Positions 29,119 through 38,979 of a stretch of 64,000 nucleotides of DNA are shown here, in pieces. Positions within the stretch are counted from its first letter, which is position 1, and each line of letters begins with the position of its first letter. The notes under the pieces were generated by a model that was not told where the DNA came from, ran no database searches, and worked only from the letters and a program-made list of their open reading frames with translations. A program made the translations under genes and the position numbers. The DNA comes from an uncultured delta proteobacterium. GTDB taxonomy: Bacteria; Myxococcota; Myxococcia; Myxococcales; Anaeromyxobacteraceae. The stretch covers positions 1-64,000 of the forward strand of contig CAWJSR010000039.1 in assembly GCA_963845515.1 (NCBI GenBank). Reading direction: 5' to 3'.

Positions 29119-30107
29119 GCCACCTCTCCGCTCCGCGAGATCGTGCTGTCGAGCGCGACGAGCCCGTCCACGATGGACCCGAAGGCTCTCGCCGAGTCGG
29201 CCTCCGGGCGCTCCACCAACAGGGGGCGCCGGGCGCGGACGGTCCGCCACATCTCGCCGTCGTGCGGGATGTGGCCGAGGTAGTCCATCTCCAGGCCGAA
29301 GTACTTGCGCCACGCGGCGACCACGGCGCGGCCGATCTCCCCCTCCTGCGGCGTGCGCGTCTGGTTGACGACGAGCCGGGGCCGGAAGGAGGCGAGCTGG
29401 CGCGTGAGGTTGGCCGCCGCCTCCGGGTCGCGGTCGGCGACGCTGGAGATGAGATCGACGGGGCTCTTGTAGGAGCCGCTAGCCATCACGGCCTGGATCA
29501 GCGCGTCATAGCCGAACACCTGGGCGACGTTGCGCATCCGGCGCCAGAAGGCGGCCTTCACGAAGCGGTACGCGTTCTCGACGGCGGTCGGCTCCGGGAC
29601 GAGGACCAGGACGCCGTGGTCCGAGACGAGGAAGAAGTCGAGGACGTTGATGTGGGTCCCGGCGCCGAGATCCAGGATCGCGTAGTCGACGTCCATCTGC
29701 TGGACGTGGCGGAGGAAGCGCATCTTCTGTGCGTAGCGCGGGTTGGCGGCGTCGAGGTGATCGAGCGCCCCCGAGATGAGCGAGAGGTTGGCGATGCCGG
29801 TGGGCGTCACGACCTCGTCGATGCGCGAGACGCGCCGCTCGATGAAGTCGGTGAGCGTCCGCTTGGGCACGTCGATGCCGAGCGTCGTGTGCAGGTTGGC
29901 GCCGCCGAGATCTGCGTCCACCATCACGACGCGCTTCCCCCGGCGGGCGAGCTCGATCCCCAGGTTCGCGGAGATCATGCTCTTCCCGATCCCGCCCTTG
30001 CCTCCGCCGACGGCGATGATCCGCCGCGCGCGTGGCCACTTCCGCGGCGCGCGCTTCGGCGGAGGAGGGTTCGAGCTGACGAGCTTCAGCGGAGGCGAGT
30101 CGGCCAT
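29115..30107 (-). CDS. MinD/FlhG/ParA-family P-loop ATPase
   Basis: GGGKGGIGKS, VDADLGGANL, LDLGAG, PEPTAVENAY. Confidence 0.88.
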   Translation of the reverse strand: MADSPPLKLVSSNPPPPKRAPRKWPRARRIIAVGGGKGGIGKSMISANLGIELARRGKRVVMVDADLGGANLHTTLGIDVPKRTLTDFIERRVSRIDEVVTPTGIANLSLISGALDHLDAANPRYAQKMRFLRHVQQMDVDYAILDLGAGTHINVLDFFLVSDHGVLVLVPEPTAVENAYRFVKAAFWRRMRNVAQVFGYDALIQAVMASGSYKSPVDLISSVADRDPEAAANLTRQLASFRPRLVVNQTRTPQEGEIGRAVVAAWRKYFGLEMDYLGHIPHDGEMWRTVRARRPLLVERPEADSARAFGSIVDGLVALDSTISRSGEVA

Positions 30108-30117
30108 CTCGGGTGCA

Positions 30118-30146
30118 ATCCTAGTCACTTCTGCGCAACAGTCCAA
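30118..30146 (-). promoter_or_regulatory. Putative sigma70 promoter of the MinD-like gene
   Basis: TTGGAC-17 nt-TAGGAT, 10 nt before the ATG. Confidence 0.45.
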
Positions 30147-32418
30147 AACGCGTCGCCTCGTCCCTGCCCCCGGGCGATATTGCCTCGGAGTGAGCCCCGC
30201 CGCGTAGCGTCCTTGGGAGTAGGTCCAATGGCTCGGCGTGCGCCTCGCCGGAGAGGAGCCGGTAGGCCGCGAAGGTGCGCAGGACGCGCTTCACGTAGCC
30301 CCTGGTCTCGTCGATCGGGATCTCCTCGACGAACTCGTCCAGCTCCAGGGCACCGCGCGCGTCGAGCCAGCGTCCGACGGCCCCGCCACCTGCGTTGTAG
30401 GCCGCCAGCGCGAGGGCCGGCTGACGCCCGTAGCGAGCCAGCAGCTGGCCGAGATAGGCCGCGCCGATCCGGATGTTGGTCGCCGGATCCGTCAATGATC
30501 CCGGGACCATGGGACCCATCCCAAGCCTCCTGGCGACCGCCGCCGCAGTGGAGGGCATCAGCTGCGTGAGCCCGATCGCGCCCGCGGGCGACACGACGTC
30601 GGGGTCGAGCGCGCTCTCCTCGCGCATGAGCGCCTGGAGCAGGTCGGGCGGCACGCCAGCAGCCGCGGCGTAGCGCTTCACCTCGGGCCGGAACGCGTTG
30701 GGATAGGCGATCCGCCAGAGCCGGACCCCGTCACCAGCCGGCGCGGCGCGCAGCACCCCCTTCGCCTCGGCCTTCAGCAGCGCATGTGCGCTCCTGTGGT
30801 CTCCCGCCCGATCGAGCAGCGCCGCGATCACGAAGACCGCCTCCATGCCGCCTGGCTCCGTCCGCAGCCTGGCGAGGTCGATCGCCCGCAACTCCTCAGC
30901 CGCCTCCTCTCCGAGCCCCAGGCGCAGGAGGCACAGCGCTGCCCCCAGGCGCGGACTCGCGCCGAGCACCCCAGGCTCCAGCGCTGGAGCGGCCTCGACC
31001 GCGGCCGGGAGCGCGACTGGCAGGGCGTCGCTCCCCTCACCGCGCGACTCGGCGAGCCTCGCCCTCGAGAGCAGGCCATACCAGTCGACCGGGTAGCGCC
31101 GGACGAGCTCCTCCCAGACGGCGGCCGCAGCTCCCCTGCCCTCCGGCCCCCGCGCCGCCAGGACCCGCCCTCTCCAGTAGGCGGCCCGTGCGTGCTCGTA
31201 CGCGTCCTTGTCCCTGAACTCCTCCTCGATCGCCTGGAAGCGCTTCGCTGCCACCTCCAGCTCGCCAGAGCGACGGGCCGCCCACGCGCGCCGGAAGAGC
31301 GCCTCGGGCCGCTTGTCACCCTCGGAGCCCGCCTTCGCGGCCGCGGCGAAGAGGTCTAGCGCCTCCTCGTTGCGCCCGAGCCGCTCCAGGAGGTCGGCTG
31401 CCGAGACGAGCGCGTCGTCGGCGAGGCTGCTCCCCGGGCTCTCGGTCGCCAGCCTTCGGTAGAGCGCCTGCGCCTCGTCCTTGTCGCCGGCGATCGCGAC
31501 CGAGCCGGCGAGGACGAAGAGGGCGCGCTGTCGAAGCCGAGGGTCGGCGCAGCCCTTCACCACCGGCCGGAGGAGCTCGATCGCCCTGGAGTGCTGCCGC
31601 TCCTTGCGATGGGCGCGCCCGAGCGCCGACCTGGCCCTGCAGGCCAGCTCCGCTGCAGGGCCGGCGTCGCCAAGGCGCGTCACGACGCGCTCGAGCGCCG
31701 CGATGGCCGCCCTGTTCCTGTTGGCCTCGAGGAGCCACTCGGCTCGCCGCACCACCTCCTCGTCGGTGGGCCCCTTCCCCGCGTCGCCGCGCAGCCTCCG
31801 GAGCGCCAGCAGGCACCCCTCCGACTCCGGCGCGAGCGGGTGGTCGACCCAGCAACCCAGGAGCGCCCCGCGAGCGGCCGCGGGGTCGCGCGCCGCCAGC
31901 AGCGCGCCGATGGTCGAGAGCGCCCCCGCCGCCTGGTCCTCCCGCGAGAGATCGGCCGGCGCAGGTCGCGCGGCGATCGGCGCGAGCAGCTCGAGCGCCT
32001 TCTGGTCGAGCCCGGCCGCCGCCAGCGCCCGCCCGCGCTGGAGCGCCGCCGCGTCGGCGAGGACCGAGCCCGGGGCGACCTGCTCCCACGACTGCGCCGC
32101 GGCCGCCTGGCGGCCGAGGGCAGCGAGGAGCCGGCCGCGCAGGTAGTGGATCCGATCGGCGATCTCGGGGAGCGCCGCCTCGAGCCCCTCCAGGAGCACC
32201 ACCGCCTCGGCCTCGCGGCCGAGGCGCGCGAGCGCCCTCGCCCGGAGCAGCCGCGCGGCCGGCCCGTCGACCCCGGCGAGCAGCCGCAGCGCCTCGTCGT
32301 GCCGTCCGGCGGCGAGGGCTGCGGCGGCGCCAGCGGCCCGACCGGTGAGGTCAGGCGCGAGGTCCCGCTCCGAGAGCGGTGTCGAGAGAAGGAGCGACAG
32401 GAGGGCGGCTGCTAGCAC
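30121..32418 (-). CDS. Soluble lytic transglycosylase (Slt70-like) with TPR repeats
   Basis: ALMREES, GAIGLTQLMP, AAYNAG, EEIPIDETRGYVKRV; helical TPR-like N-terminus; signal peptide. Confidence 0.88.
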   Translation of the reverse strand: MLAAALLSLLLSTPLSERDLAPDLTGRAAGAAAALAAGRHDEALRLLAGVDGPAARLLRARALARLGREAEAVVLLEGLEAALPEIADRIHYLRGRLLAALGRQAAAAQSWEQVAPGSVLADAAALQRGRALAAAGLDQKALELLAPIAARPAPADLSREDQAAGALSTIGALLAARDPAAARGALLGCWVDHPLAPESEGCLLALRRLRGDAGKGPTDEEVVRRAEWLLEANRNRAAIAALERVVTRLGDAGPAAELACRARSALGRAHRKERQHSRAIELLRPVVKGCADPRLRQRALFVLAGSVAIAGDKDEAQALYRRLATESPGSSLADDALVSAADLLERLGRNEEALDLFAAAAKAGSEGDKRPEALFRRAWAARRSGELEVAAKRFQAIEEEFRDKDAYEHARAAYWRGRVLAARGPEGRGAAAAVWEELVRRYPVDWYGLLSRARLAESRGEGSDALPVALPAAVEAAPALEPGVLGASPRLGAALCLLRLGLGEEAAEELRAIDLARLRTEPGGMEAVFVIAALLDRAGDHRSAHALLKAEAKGVLRAAPAGDGVRLWRIAYPNAFRPEVKRYAAAAGVPPDLLQALMREESALDPDVVSPAGAIGLTQLMPSTAAAVARRLGMGPMVPGSLTDPATNIRIGAAYLGQLLARYGRQPALALAAYNAGGGAVGRWLDARGALELDEFVEEIPIDETRGYVKRVLRTFAAYRLLSGEAHAEPLDLLPRTLRGGAHSEAISPGGRDEATRFGLLRRSD

Positions 32419-32539
32419 GGGCGGAGGTTCGCGCCGGCAGGGCGCGGGGTCAAGCCCGCGCCTGCGACACCGGCGCGGGGAGGCGGCCGGCAGGCGTGAT
32501 CGAGGCACCGGCGGCGCAGGGAAGGTAGGATGTCATGGC

Positions 32540-34776
32540 GTGGACATCCGCACCCAGGCCGCACTGCTCGCAGCGATCGTGACGCTGGCGCTCGCCATCG
32601 CGGCGCTGCTGCGCGAGAACCGCTCGCGCGTCTTCACGCTCTTCGCCGTCCTCTCGCTGGACACCTTCCTCTACTCGCTCTCGCTCTTCCTCTTCCGCTG
32701 GCCACAGACCCAGTTCGGCGAGACGCTGTGGCTCCGCATCGGGGTCGCCGCCGCCGCGCTGCTGCCGGCCTCGTCGCTCGCCTTCTTCCTGGAGTTCCTC
32801 GGCGTGGCGCGCCGCCCGGCCCGGCGGGCCCGGAACGCGATGCTGGCCGGGTCCCTCACCGGGATCGCGGTCGCCGTCACGCCGCTCATCCACTACCGGA
32901 TCGCGAAGTGGATCGTCTCCGGCTACGTGCTGGCCGGCCTCGTCATCGTCCTGTCGACGGTGTGGGGGAGGATGCGCGGCGCGCCGACTCGCGCCGAGCG
33001 CGCCAGGCTCCTGTACCTCTTCATCGGCGCGGCGGTGGCGACCGCCCTCTCCGCCCTCGACCTGCTCCCCCGGGTCGGCCTCCCCAACCCGGCGGATGGG
33101 CTCGGCTCGATCGCCATCACGGCCTTCATGTTCTTCCTGTCGCAGACCCTGCTGCGGCACAGGCTGCTCGACCTGCACGAGCTGCTCGGGAAGTTCGTGG
33201 TGGTGACGGCGCTCGGCCTCGTGCTGGTCGGGATCTACGGGGGGCTCGTCTCCTGGGTCGGCGACCGCCCGGAGCTCTTCTACTTCAACACCATCGTGGC
33301 CTCCTTCGTGATCCTCTCGCTCTTCGACCCGCTCAGGGAGCGGGTGGAGGAGCAGGTGGTCGCGACCCTGTTCCGCGAGCGCTACGAGCTGGTCGGGAGG
33401 CTGGAGGAGCTGCGCGACCGGACCGCCAACATCATCGATCCCGTCGGCATGGCGGTCGTGGTCCTGGACGGCCTCGTCGAGACCCGCCGGGTCACCCACT
33501 GCGCCCTCTGGCTCCTGGCCGACGACCGGCCCGGCTACCGGCTCCTCGACAGCCGCGGCCCGGCTCCGGTCCCGTTCCTCGAGCCCGGGACCGCCCGCGC
33601 GATCCTCGCCGCCGCGCCGGTCGCGCAGAAGGCGATCCTCCTCGAGAACCTGGAGCGCCGGACGGCGGAGCTGCGGCGCCTGCTGCCGCCAGGGCCGGCG
33701 GAGGGCGACGGCCACTCCGCGGCCGGCGCGCCGGCGGCCGTGGCCGAGGAGCTCAAGCGGCTCGGCGAGGCCCGCGCGGCCATGGCGCTGATGCGCGCCG
33801 GCATCTCGATGCCGCTCACCGCCGCGGACCGCGTCATCGGGTTCCTCTCCTGCTGGGACGAGCGCGTGCCGGAGGCCTTCGCCTCGGACGAGATCGCGGC
33901 GCTCCTCGAGGTCGCGGACCGCTGCGCGCTCGTCATCGAGAACTCCAAGCTCTACCAGCAGATGAAGGAGCGCGACCGGCTCGCCGCCATCGGCGAGATG
34001 TCCGCCGGCCTCGCGCACGAGATCCGCAACCCGCTCGCCGCCATCAAGGGGGCGATCCAGTACCTGGAGCCGAGCCGGCTCCCCTCGGAGGACCGCGAGT
34101 TCCTCGAGATCATCATCGAGGAGGTGAACCGGCTCAACGGCGTGGTGACCCAGTTCCTCGACTACTCGCGCCCGCTCAAGCCGTCGATGGCGCCGGGCGA
34201 GGTGAACGAGATCCTCGAGAAGACCTTCAGGCTCCTGCTCGCCGAGACGCCGCCGCAGATCGACGTGCGGCTCGATCTCGCGCCTGGGCTGCCGCGGGTC
34301 CTCTGCGACGCCGAGCAGCTCAAGCAGGTCTTCCTGAACCTCGCGCTCAACTCCTTCCAGGCGATGCCGCGGGGGGGAAGCTCACGGTCGCGACCCGCGT
34401 GGAGCGGGACGAGCTGGCCTTCTGGCGTGAGGGGAAGCGCCGCCGGGACGTCATCGAGATCCGCTTCCGCGACACCGGCCCCGGCATCCCGGAGGAGGCG
34501 CGAGAGCACATCTTCGTCCCCTTCTACACGACGAAGGAGAAGGGGACCGGCCTCGGGCTCGCCATCTGCCAGCGGATCGTGAAGGCCCACGCCGGCTCGA
34601 TCGCGGTGCGGTCGGCGCTTGGCGAGGGGGCCGAGTTCGTCATCTCGCTGCCGGGGCTCCACGAGGACCGCGAGCGCGAGCCGCTGGAGCCGCTCGAGGC
34701 CCAGCGGGCGCGCGAGCGCCGTCGGGAGAAGGCCGCGGCGCGCCTCCGCCGCAGGAAGCGACGCCGGAGGGGCTGA
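32540..34776 (+). CDS. Membrane sensor histidine kinase with GAF domain; frameshift at G7 run 34371-34377
   Basis: Multiple TM helices; GLAHEIRNPL H-box; QVFLNLALN; DTGPGI, FYTTK, GTGLGL in the shifted frame. Confidence 0.88.
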
Positions 34777-34867
34777 GCGCTGGCCGAGGGATCCCTCGAC
34801 GGCTCCGCCCCGGCCGGGCGTTCCACCCGTGCGCCTCACCCGCCGTTCGTGCTAACAAGCTGGGCGC

Positions 34868-36268
34868 GTGGCCCACATCCTCATAGTCGACGACGAGAAC
34901 AACATCCGGAGGGTCCTCGCCGCGATGCTCAAGCGCGAGGGGTACGAGGTCACCGCCGCCGCCGACGGCGAGCAGGCGCTCGCGGTCCTCCAGAAGCTCC
35001 CGGTGAGCGTCGTGGTCACCGACCTGGTCATGCCCAGGGTCGGCGGGATGGAGCTGCTGAAGCAGGTGGTCGCGGACTGGCCGGACATCCCGGTCATCAT
35101 GATCACCGCGCACGGCTCCGTGGACAGCGCGGTCACCGCGCTCAAGGCCGGCGCCTTCGACTACATCACGAAGCCATTCGACCAGGAGGAGCTGAAGAAG
35201 GTCATCGAGAAGGCGGCGCGCGCGCACGACCTCGAGCGCAAGAACGTCCACGCGCCGGTGGAGGCTGCCGGCTCGCCGCTCGTCGGCGAGTCGCCCGCGA
35301 TGAAGGCGATCCACGAGATGGTGGCCCGCGTCGCCGACTCCCCCTCCACGATCCTGATCACCGGGGAGAGCGGCACCGGGAAGGGGCTCATCGCGCAGGA
35401 GCTGCACCGCCTCTCCTCCCGCCGCGAGAAGGCGCTCATCAAGGTGAACTGCGCCGCCATCCCCAAGGACCTCGTCGAGAGCGAGCTGTTCGGCTACGAG
35501 AAGGGGGCCTTCACCGGCGCCGTCGGCTCCAAGCCAGGCCGCTTCGAGCTGGCGGACGGCGGCACCCTCTTCCTCGACGAGATCGGCGAGATCCCGGTCG
35601 AGATCCAGGTGAAGCTGCTGCGGGCGCTGCAGGAGTCCGAGTTCGAGCGGGTCGGCGGCATCCGGACGCTCAGGGTCGACGTCCGCCTCATCGCCGCCAC
35701 CAACCGCGACCTGAAGGCGCTGATCGCGGAGGGGCGCTTCCGCGAGGACCTGTTCTACCGGCTCGCGGTCGTCCCCATGGAGCTGCCGCCGCTCCGGGAC
35801 CGGCGCGCCGACATCCCGGTCCTGGTCTCCCACTTCATCACCAAGTTCAACCTGCGACTGGGGAAGCGCGTCGAGGGGGTCGACCCCGAGGCGATGCAGA
35901 TCCTCCAGGCCTACGGCTGGCCCGGGAACATCCGCGAGCTCGAGAACCTCATGGAGCGCTCCGTCCTGTTCGCGGACGGCCCCATCGTCGAGGCAACCCA
36001 GCTCCCCGACTCGCTCCGGGAGCAGGCCCCCTCCACCCCGATGCCCATCGCGCCGATGGGGCCGCTCGGCACGCTCGCCTCGCCCGTCGGTGCCTCCATG
36101 AAGGAGATCGTGCGGCAGGCCCAGGCGGACCTCGAGCGGGAGCTGATCGCCCGCGCGCTCGAGGAGACGGGCGGGAACGTCACCCGCGCCGCCAAGCGGC
36201 TCCAGATCAGCCGCAAGTCGCTGCAGGTGAAGATGAAGGATCTGGGCCTGCGCGGCACCGAGGAGTAG
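34868..36268 (+). CDS. Sigma54-dependent response regulator (NtrC family)
   Basis: Receiver domain, [29 protein letters not shown], Fis-type HTH. Confidence 0.95.
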   Translation: MAHILIVDDENNIRRVLAAMLKREGYEVTAAADGEQALAVLQKLPVSVVVTDLVMPRVGGMELLKQVVADWPDIPVIMITAHGSVDSAVTALKAGAFDYITKPFDQEELKKVIEKAARAHDLERKNVHAPVEAAGSPLVGESPAMKAIHEMVARVADSPSTILITGESGTGKGLIAQELHRLSSRREKALIKVNCAAIPKDLVESELFGYEKGAFTGAVGSKPGRFELADGGTLFLDEIGEIPVEIQVKLLRALQESEFERVGGIRTLRVDVRLIAATNRDLKALIAEGRFREDLFYRLAVVPMELPPLRDRRADIPVLVSHFITKFNLRLGKRVEGVDPEAMQILQAYGWPGNIRELENLMERSVLFADGPIVEATQLPDSLREQAPSTPMPIAPMGPLGTLASPVGASMKEIVRQAQADLERELIARALEETGGNVTRAAKRLQISRKSLQVKMKDLGLRGTEE

Positions 36269-36301
36269 CGCTGGCGCGCCGCTGCGCGCGCCCGGCGAAC
36301 C

Positions 36302-36330
36302 TTGACCACCCCTGGGGCCGCTGCTACGGT
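36302..36330 (+). promoter_or_regulatory. Putative sigma70 promoter
   Basis: TTGACC-17 nt-TACGGT with TG extension; GGAGG RBS at 36344-36348. Confidence 0.5.
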
Positions 36331-36355
36331 CGGCCCGACTTCTGGAGGTCCCCAA

Positions 36356-37644
36356 ATGTCGCGGTTCGCGAGCCTTCGCGCCCTCACCGCAGCGGTTCTC
36401 CTGGCGCTCGCGCTCCCCTCGGCTGCGGCCGAGGCGACGCGCGTCGCGTCGAGCGGCGACGAGGAGAACCCCTTCGACCTCGACTTCAGCATCAAGGCCG
36501 ACTACCTGCAGAACCGCGCCCTGATCACGCGCGAGTACACGCGCGACTATCCCTCCGGCGACGCGCTCCAGTCGGTCGAGGAGCGGCCCGAGTTCCGCTA
36601 CTCCCGCCGGACCTTCGCCATCCTCCCGCGCGCCGCCGTCGGCCTCTGGAAGGACCTCGAGTTCCACGTCGAGGTCCCCATCATCCTCTCCTCCAACACC
36701 AGGTGGCACTACGCCTACTTCGAGGGGGAGAGCCAGGCAGGAAAGTCGGCGACCGGCGCGAACGACATCGACGCTGGCGGCACGCCCTGCACTGCGCCGA
36801 ACTCCCCTGCCCCATCTTCGCCGGCTCAGGGACCGTCTACCACGGCAGCGGCTTCGGCGACCTGAAGCTGGGGCTCGCCTGGGGCATCCTCTCCGACGCG
36901 CGCGACGACACGAAGCCCTTCTGGCTCGTCGGCGTCGACTTCACCTTCCCCACCGCCCAGATGTACGACCCGGGGGCCGGCCGGACCGGAGCGCTCAACA
37001 CCTCCCCGTACTCGCGCGCAGCCGCCGCGGGGCCGTTCGGCGAGAACATCTTCAAGATCGATCTCATCACCGCCCTCTCGAAGCGGATGGGAGCCGCGGA
37101 TCCCTACGTGAAGTTCCACGTGACCTCCTACCGGCCGTCGAGCGAGACCTACAGCAACTGCACCCACGCGGCCGAGCTCGCCGGCAACGCCGTCCCGCAG
37201 TTCGACCCGGACGACGTGGCCAGGTGCTCGTCGAGCGAGTTCGGCTCGCGCCCGCCCTGGATCGCCGGCGCCGCGTTCGGCGCGGAGATCGTCACCGGCG
37301 AGAACAAGGCCGAGGGGACGCGGGTGGCGCTGGACGTCCGGCTCGCCGCCGACTACGTCTCCAGCTCGCGCTGGTACAACGAGCTGACCGACATGACCGG
37401 AAAGCTCCTGACCTCCGAGGACTACTTCGTCCTGGACGCCTACTTCGGCTTCTACTGGCGCGCCTCGAAGTTCATGCAGCTCCAGGCGACGGCCCACCTC
37501 GGCACCGAGACGCCCCACTTCATCACCGGCGAGAGCGCCGACGACCCGAACTTCGACGCGCGCTACGACGCGGCAGGGCGCCGCTACCGGCTGACCGAGG
37601 TCTCCAACTTCGGCGTCGCCCTCGCGGGCGTGCTGCAGTTCTGA
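36356..37644 (+). CDS. Exported hypothetical protein, probable outer-membrane beta-barrel; frameshift ~36800
   Basis: Signal peptide; GFGDLKLG motif; C-terminal Phe (GVLQF); two frames join near 36800. Confidence 0.7.
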
Positions 37645-37656
37645 CCTTTGCCTTCT

Positions 37657-37696
37657 CCCCTCTCCCCCACCGGGGGAGAGGGGAAGGGTGAGGGGG
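37657..37696. repeat. Solo REP-like hairpin of the same family as 4664/4965; probable terminator between convergent genes
   Basis: cccctctccccc-acc-gggggagagggg plus tail gggtgaggggg. Confidence 0.75.
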
Positions 37697-37716
37697 CGCC
37701 GCCCCGGCGCCAAGCT

Positions 37717-38598
37717 TCACCCCCGCTTGATCCGCTCGATCTCGTCGTAGACATCCGAACGCTTCAGCCCCCGGGCCTTCGCCACCTCCCGCGCGAGCCC
37801 GCTCGGGGCCTCGCCGGCCTCCAGGCGGCGCCGCAGCTCCGCCTCGAGCGGCTCGGCGGTCTCCTCGGCGACCGCGGGGGTCCCCTCCGCCGGCGGCGCG
37901 ACGACGAGGGTGACCTCCCCGAGCACCTCGCCCGCGAAGCGCTCCGCCAGCTCCGTCAGCCGCGCCCGCTCGAGCTGCTCGTGCAGCTTCGTCAGCTCCC
38001 GGGCCACGAGCGCCATGCGGTCCCCGAGCGCCTCGGCGAGGTCACGGAGCGTCTCGGCGGTGCGGTTGCCCGCCTCGTACAGCACCAGCGTCGCGGGGAC
38101 CCGCGCGAGCAGCGCCAGCGCGTCGCGGCGAGCGCCGCCCTTCCTGGGGAGGAACCCGGCGAAGAAGAAGCGGTCCGCAGGGAAGCCGGAGGCTGCCAGC
38201 GCGCTCGCTGCGGCCGAGGGGCCCGGGATCGGGACGACCAGCGCCCCTGCGTCCCACGCGGCCTCCACGAGCATCGCGCCGGGGTCCGAGATCCCCGGCG
38301 TCCCCGCGTCGGTGCAGAGGGCGATGGTCTGACCGTCGCGCAGCCGGTCGACGATCCCACCGAGCCGGCCCCGCTCGTCGAAGGCCGGGAGCGAGAGGAG
38401 GGTCGGCGGCTTCTTCCCCAGGTGACCGAAGAGCTTCAGAGTCCTCCGGGTGTCCTCCGCGGCGACCGCGTCCGCCTCCAGGAGCGCCTCCGCAGCCCTC
38501 GTGGAGAGATCCCCCAGGTTCCCTATCGGCGTCGCCACGACGAGGAGAGTCCCCCGCCGGGCGCCCGGAGGCGCCTCACCAGAGCCGGGTGTCGCCAT
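37717..38598 (-). CDS. rsmI: 16S rRNA C1402 2'-O-methyltransferase
   Basis: VATPIGNLGD, AEDTR, DAGTPGISDPG, PGPSA, ARELTKLHE. Confidence 0.93.
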   Translation of the reverse strand: MATPGSGEAPPGARRGTLLVVATPIGNLGDLSTRAAEALLEADAVAAEDTRRTLKLFGHLGKKPPTLLSLPAFDERGRLGGIVDRLRDGQTIALCTDAGTPGISDPGAMLVEAAWDAGALVVPIPGPSAAASALAASGFPADRFFFAGFLPRKGGARRDALALLARVPATLVLYEAGNRTAETLRDLAEALGDRMALVARELTKLHEQLERARLTELAERFAGEVLGEVTLVVAPPAEGTPAVAEETAEPLEAELRRRLEAGEAPSGLAREVAKARGLKRSDVYDEIERIKRG

Positions 38599-38974
38599 CG
38601 GAGTCGAAGGCGGCCCGGATGAGCTCGAAGGACGGGGCGCCGTCCGCGAGGTTCACCGCGACCACGTCGAAGCGGATCGGGCGCTCGAGCGCGCCGTTCC
38701 GGTTGGCCCAGTCCTCCGCCGCCCGGGCGACCCGCCGCGCCTTCTCGCGCGTGATCGACTCGGCGGGAGTCCCGTAGAGCTCGGAGGCGCGGCTTCGCAC
38801 CTCTACGAAGCAGACCGTGTCGCCGTCGGCGCACACGAGATCCACCTCGCCAGTCTTGATCGCGTGGTTGCGCGCGAGGACGCGGTAACCCTGCCCCTCC
38901 AGCCAGAGCGCGGCGGCCTCCTCGGCCTCGTGCCCGCGCTCGCTGCGCGTCGCGGCCTCCTGGGGGTCTATCAA
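38576..38974 (-). CDS. YraN family protein
   Basis: G..AE..A..WL...GY.VLARN, GEVDL, FVEVRSR, RFDVVAV. Confidence 0.9.
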   Translation of the reverse strand: MIDPQEAATRSERGHEAEEAAALWLEGQGYRVLARNHAIKTGEVDLVCADGDTVCFVEVRSRASELYGTPAESITREKARRVARAAEDWANRNGALERPIRFDVVAVNLADGAPSFELIRAAFDSDGDTRLW

Positions 38975-38979
38975 GGGGC

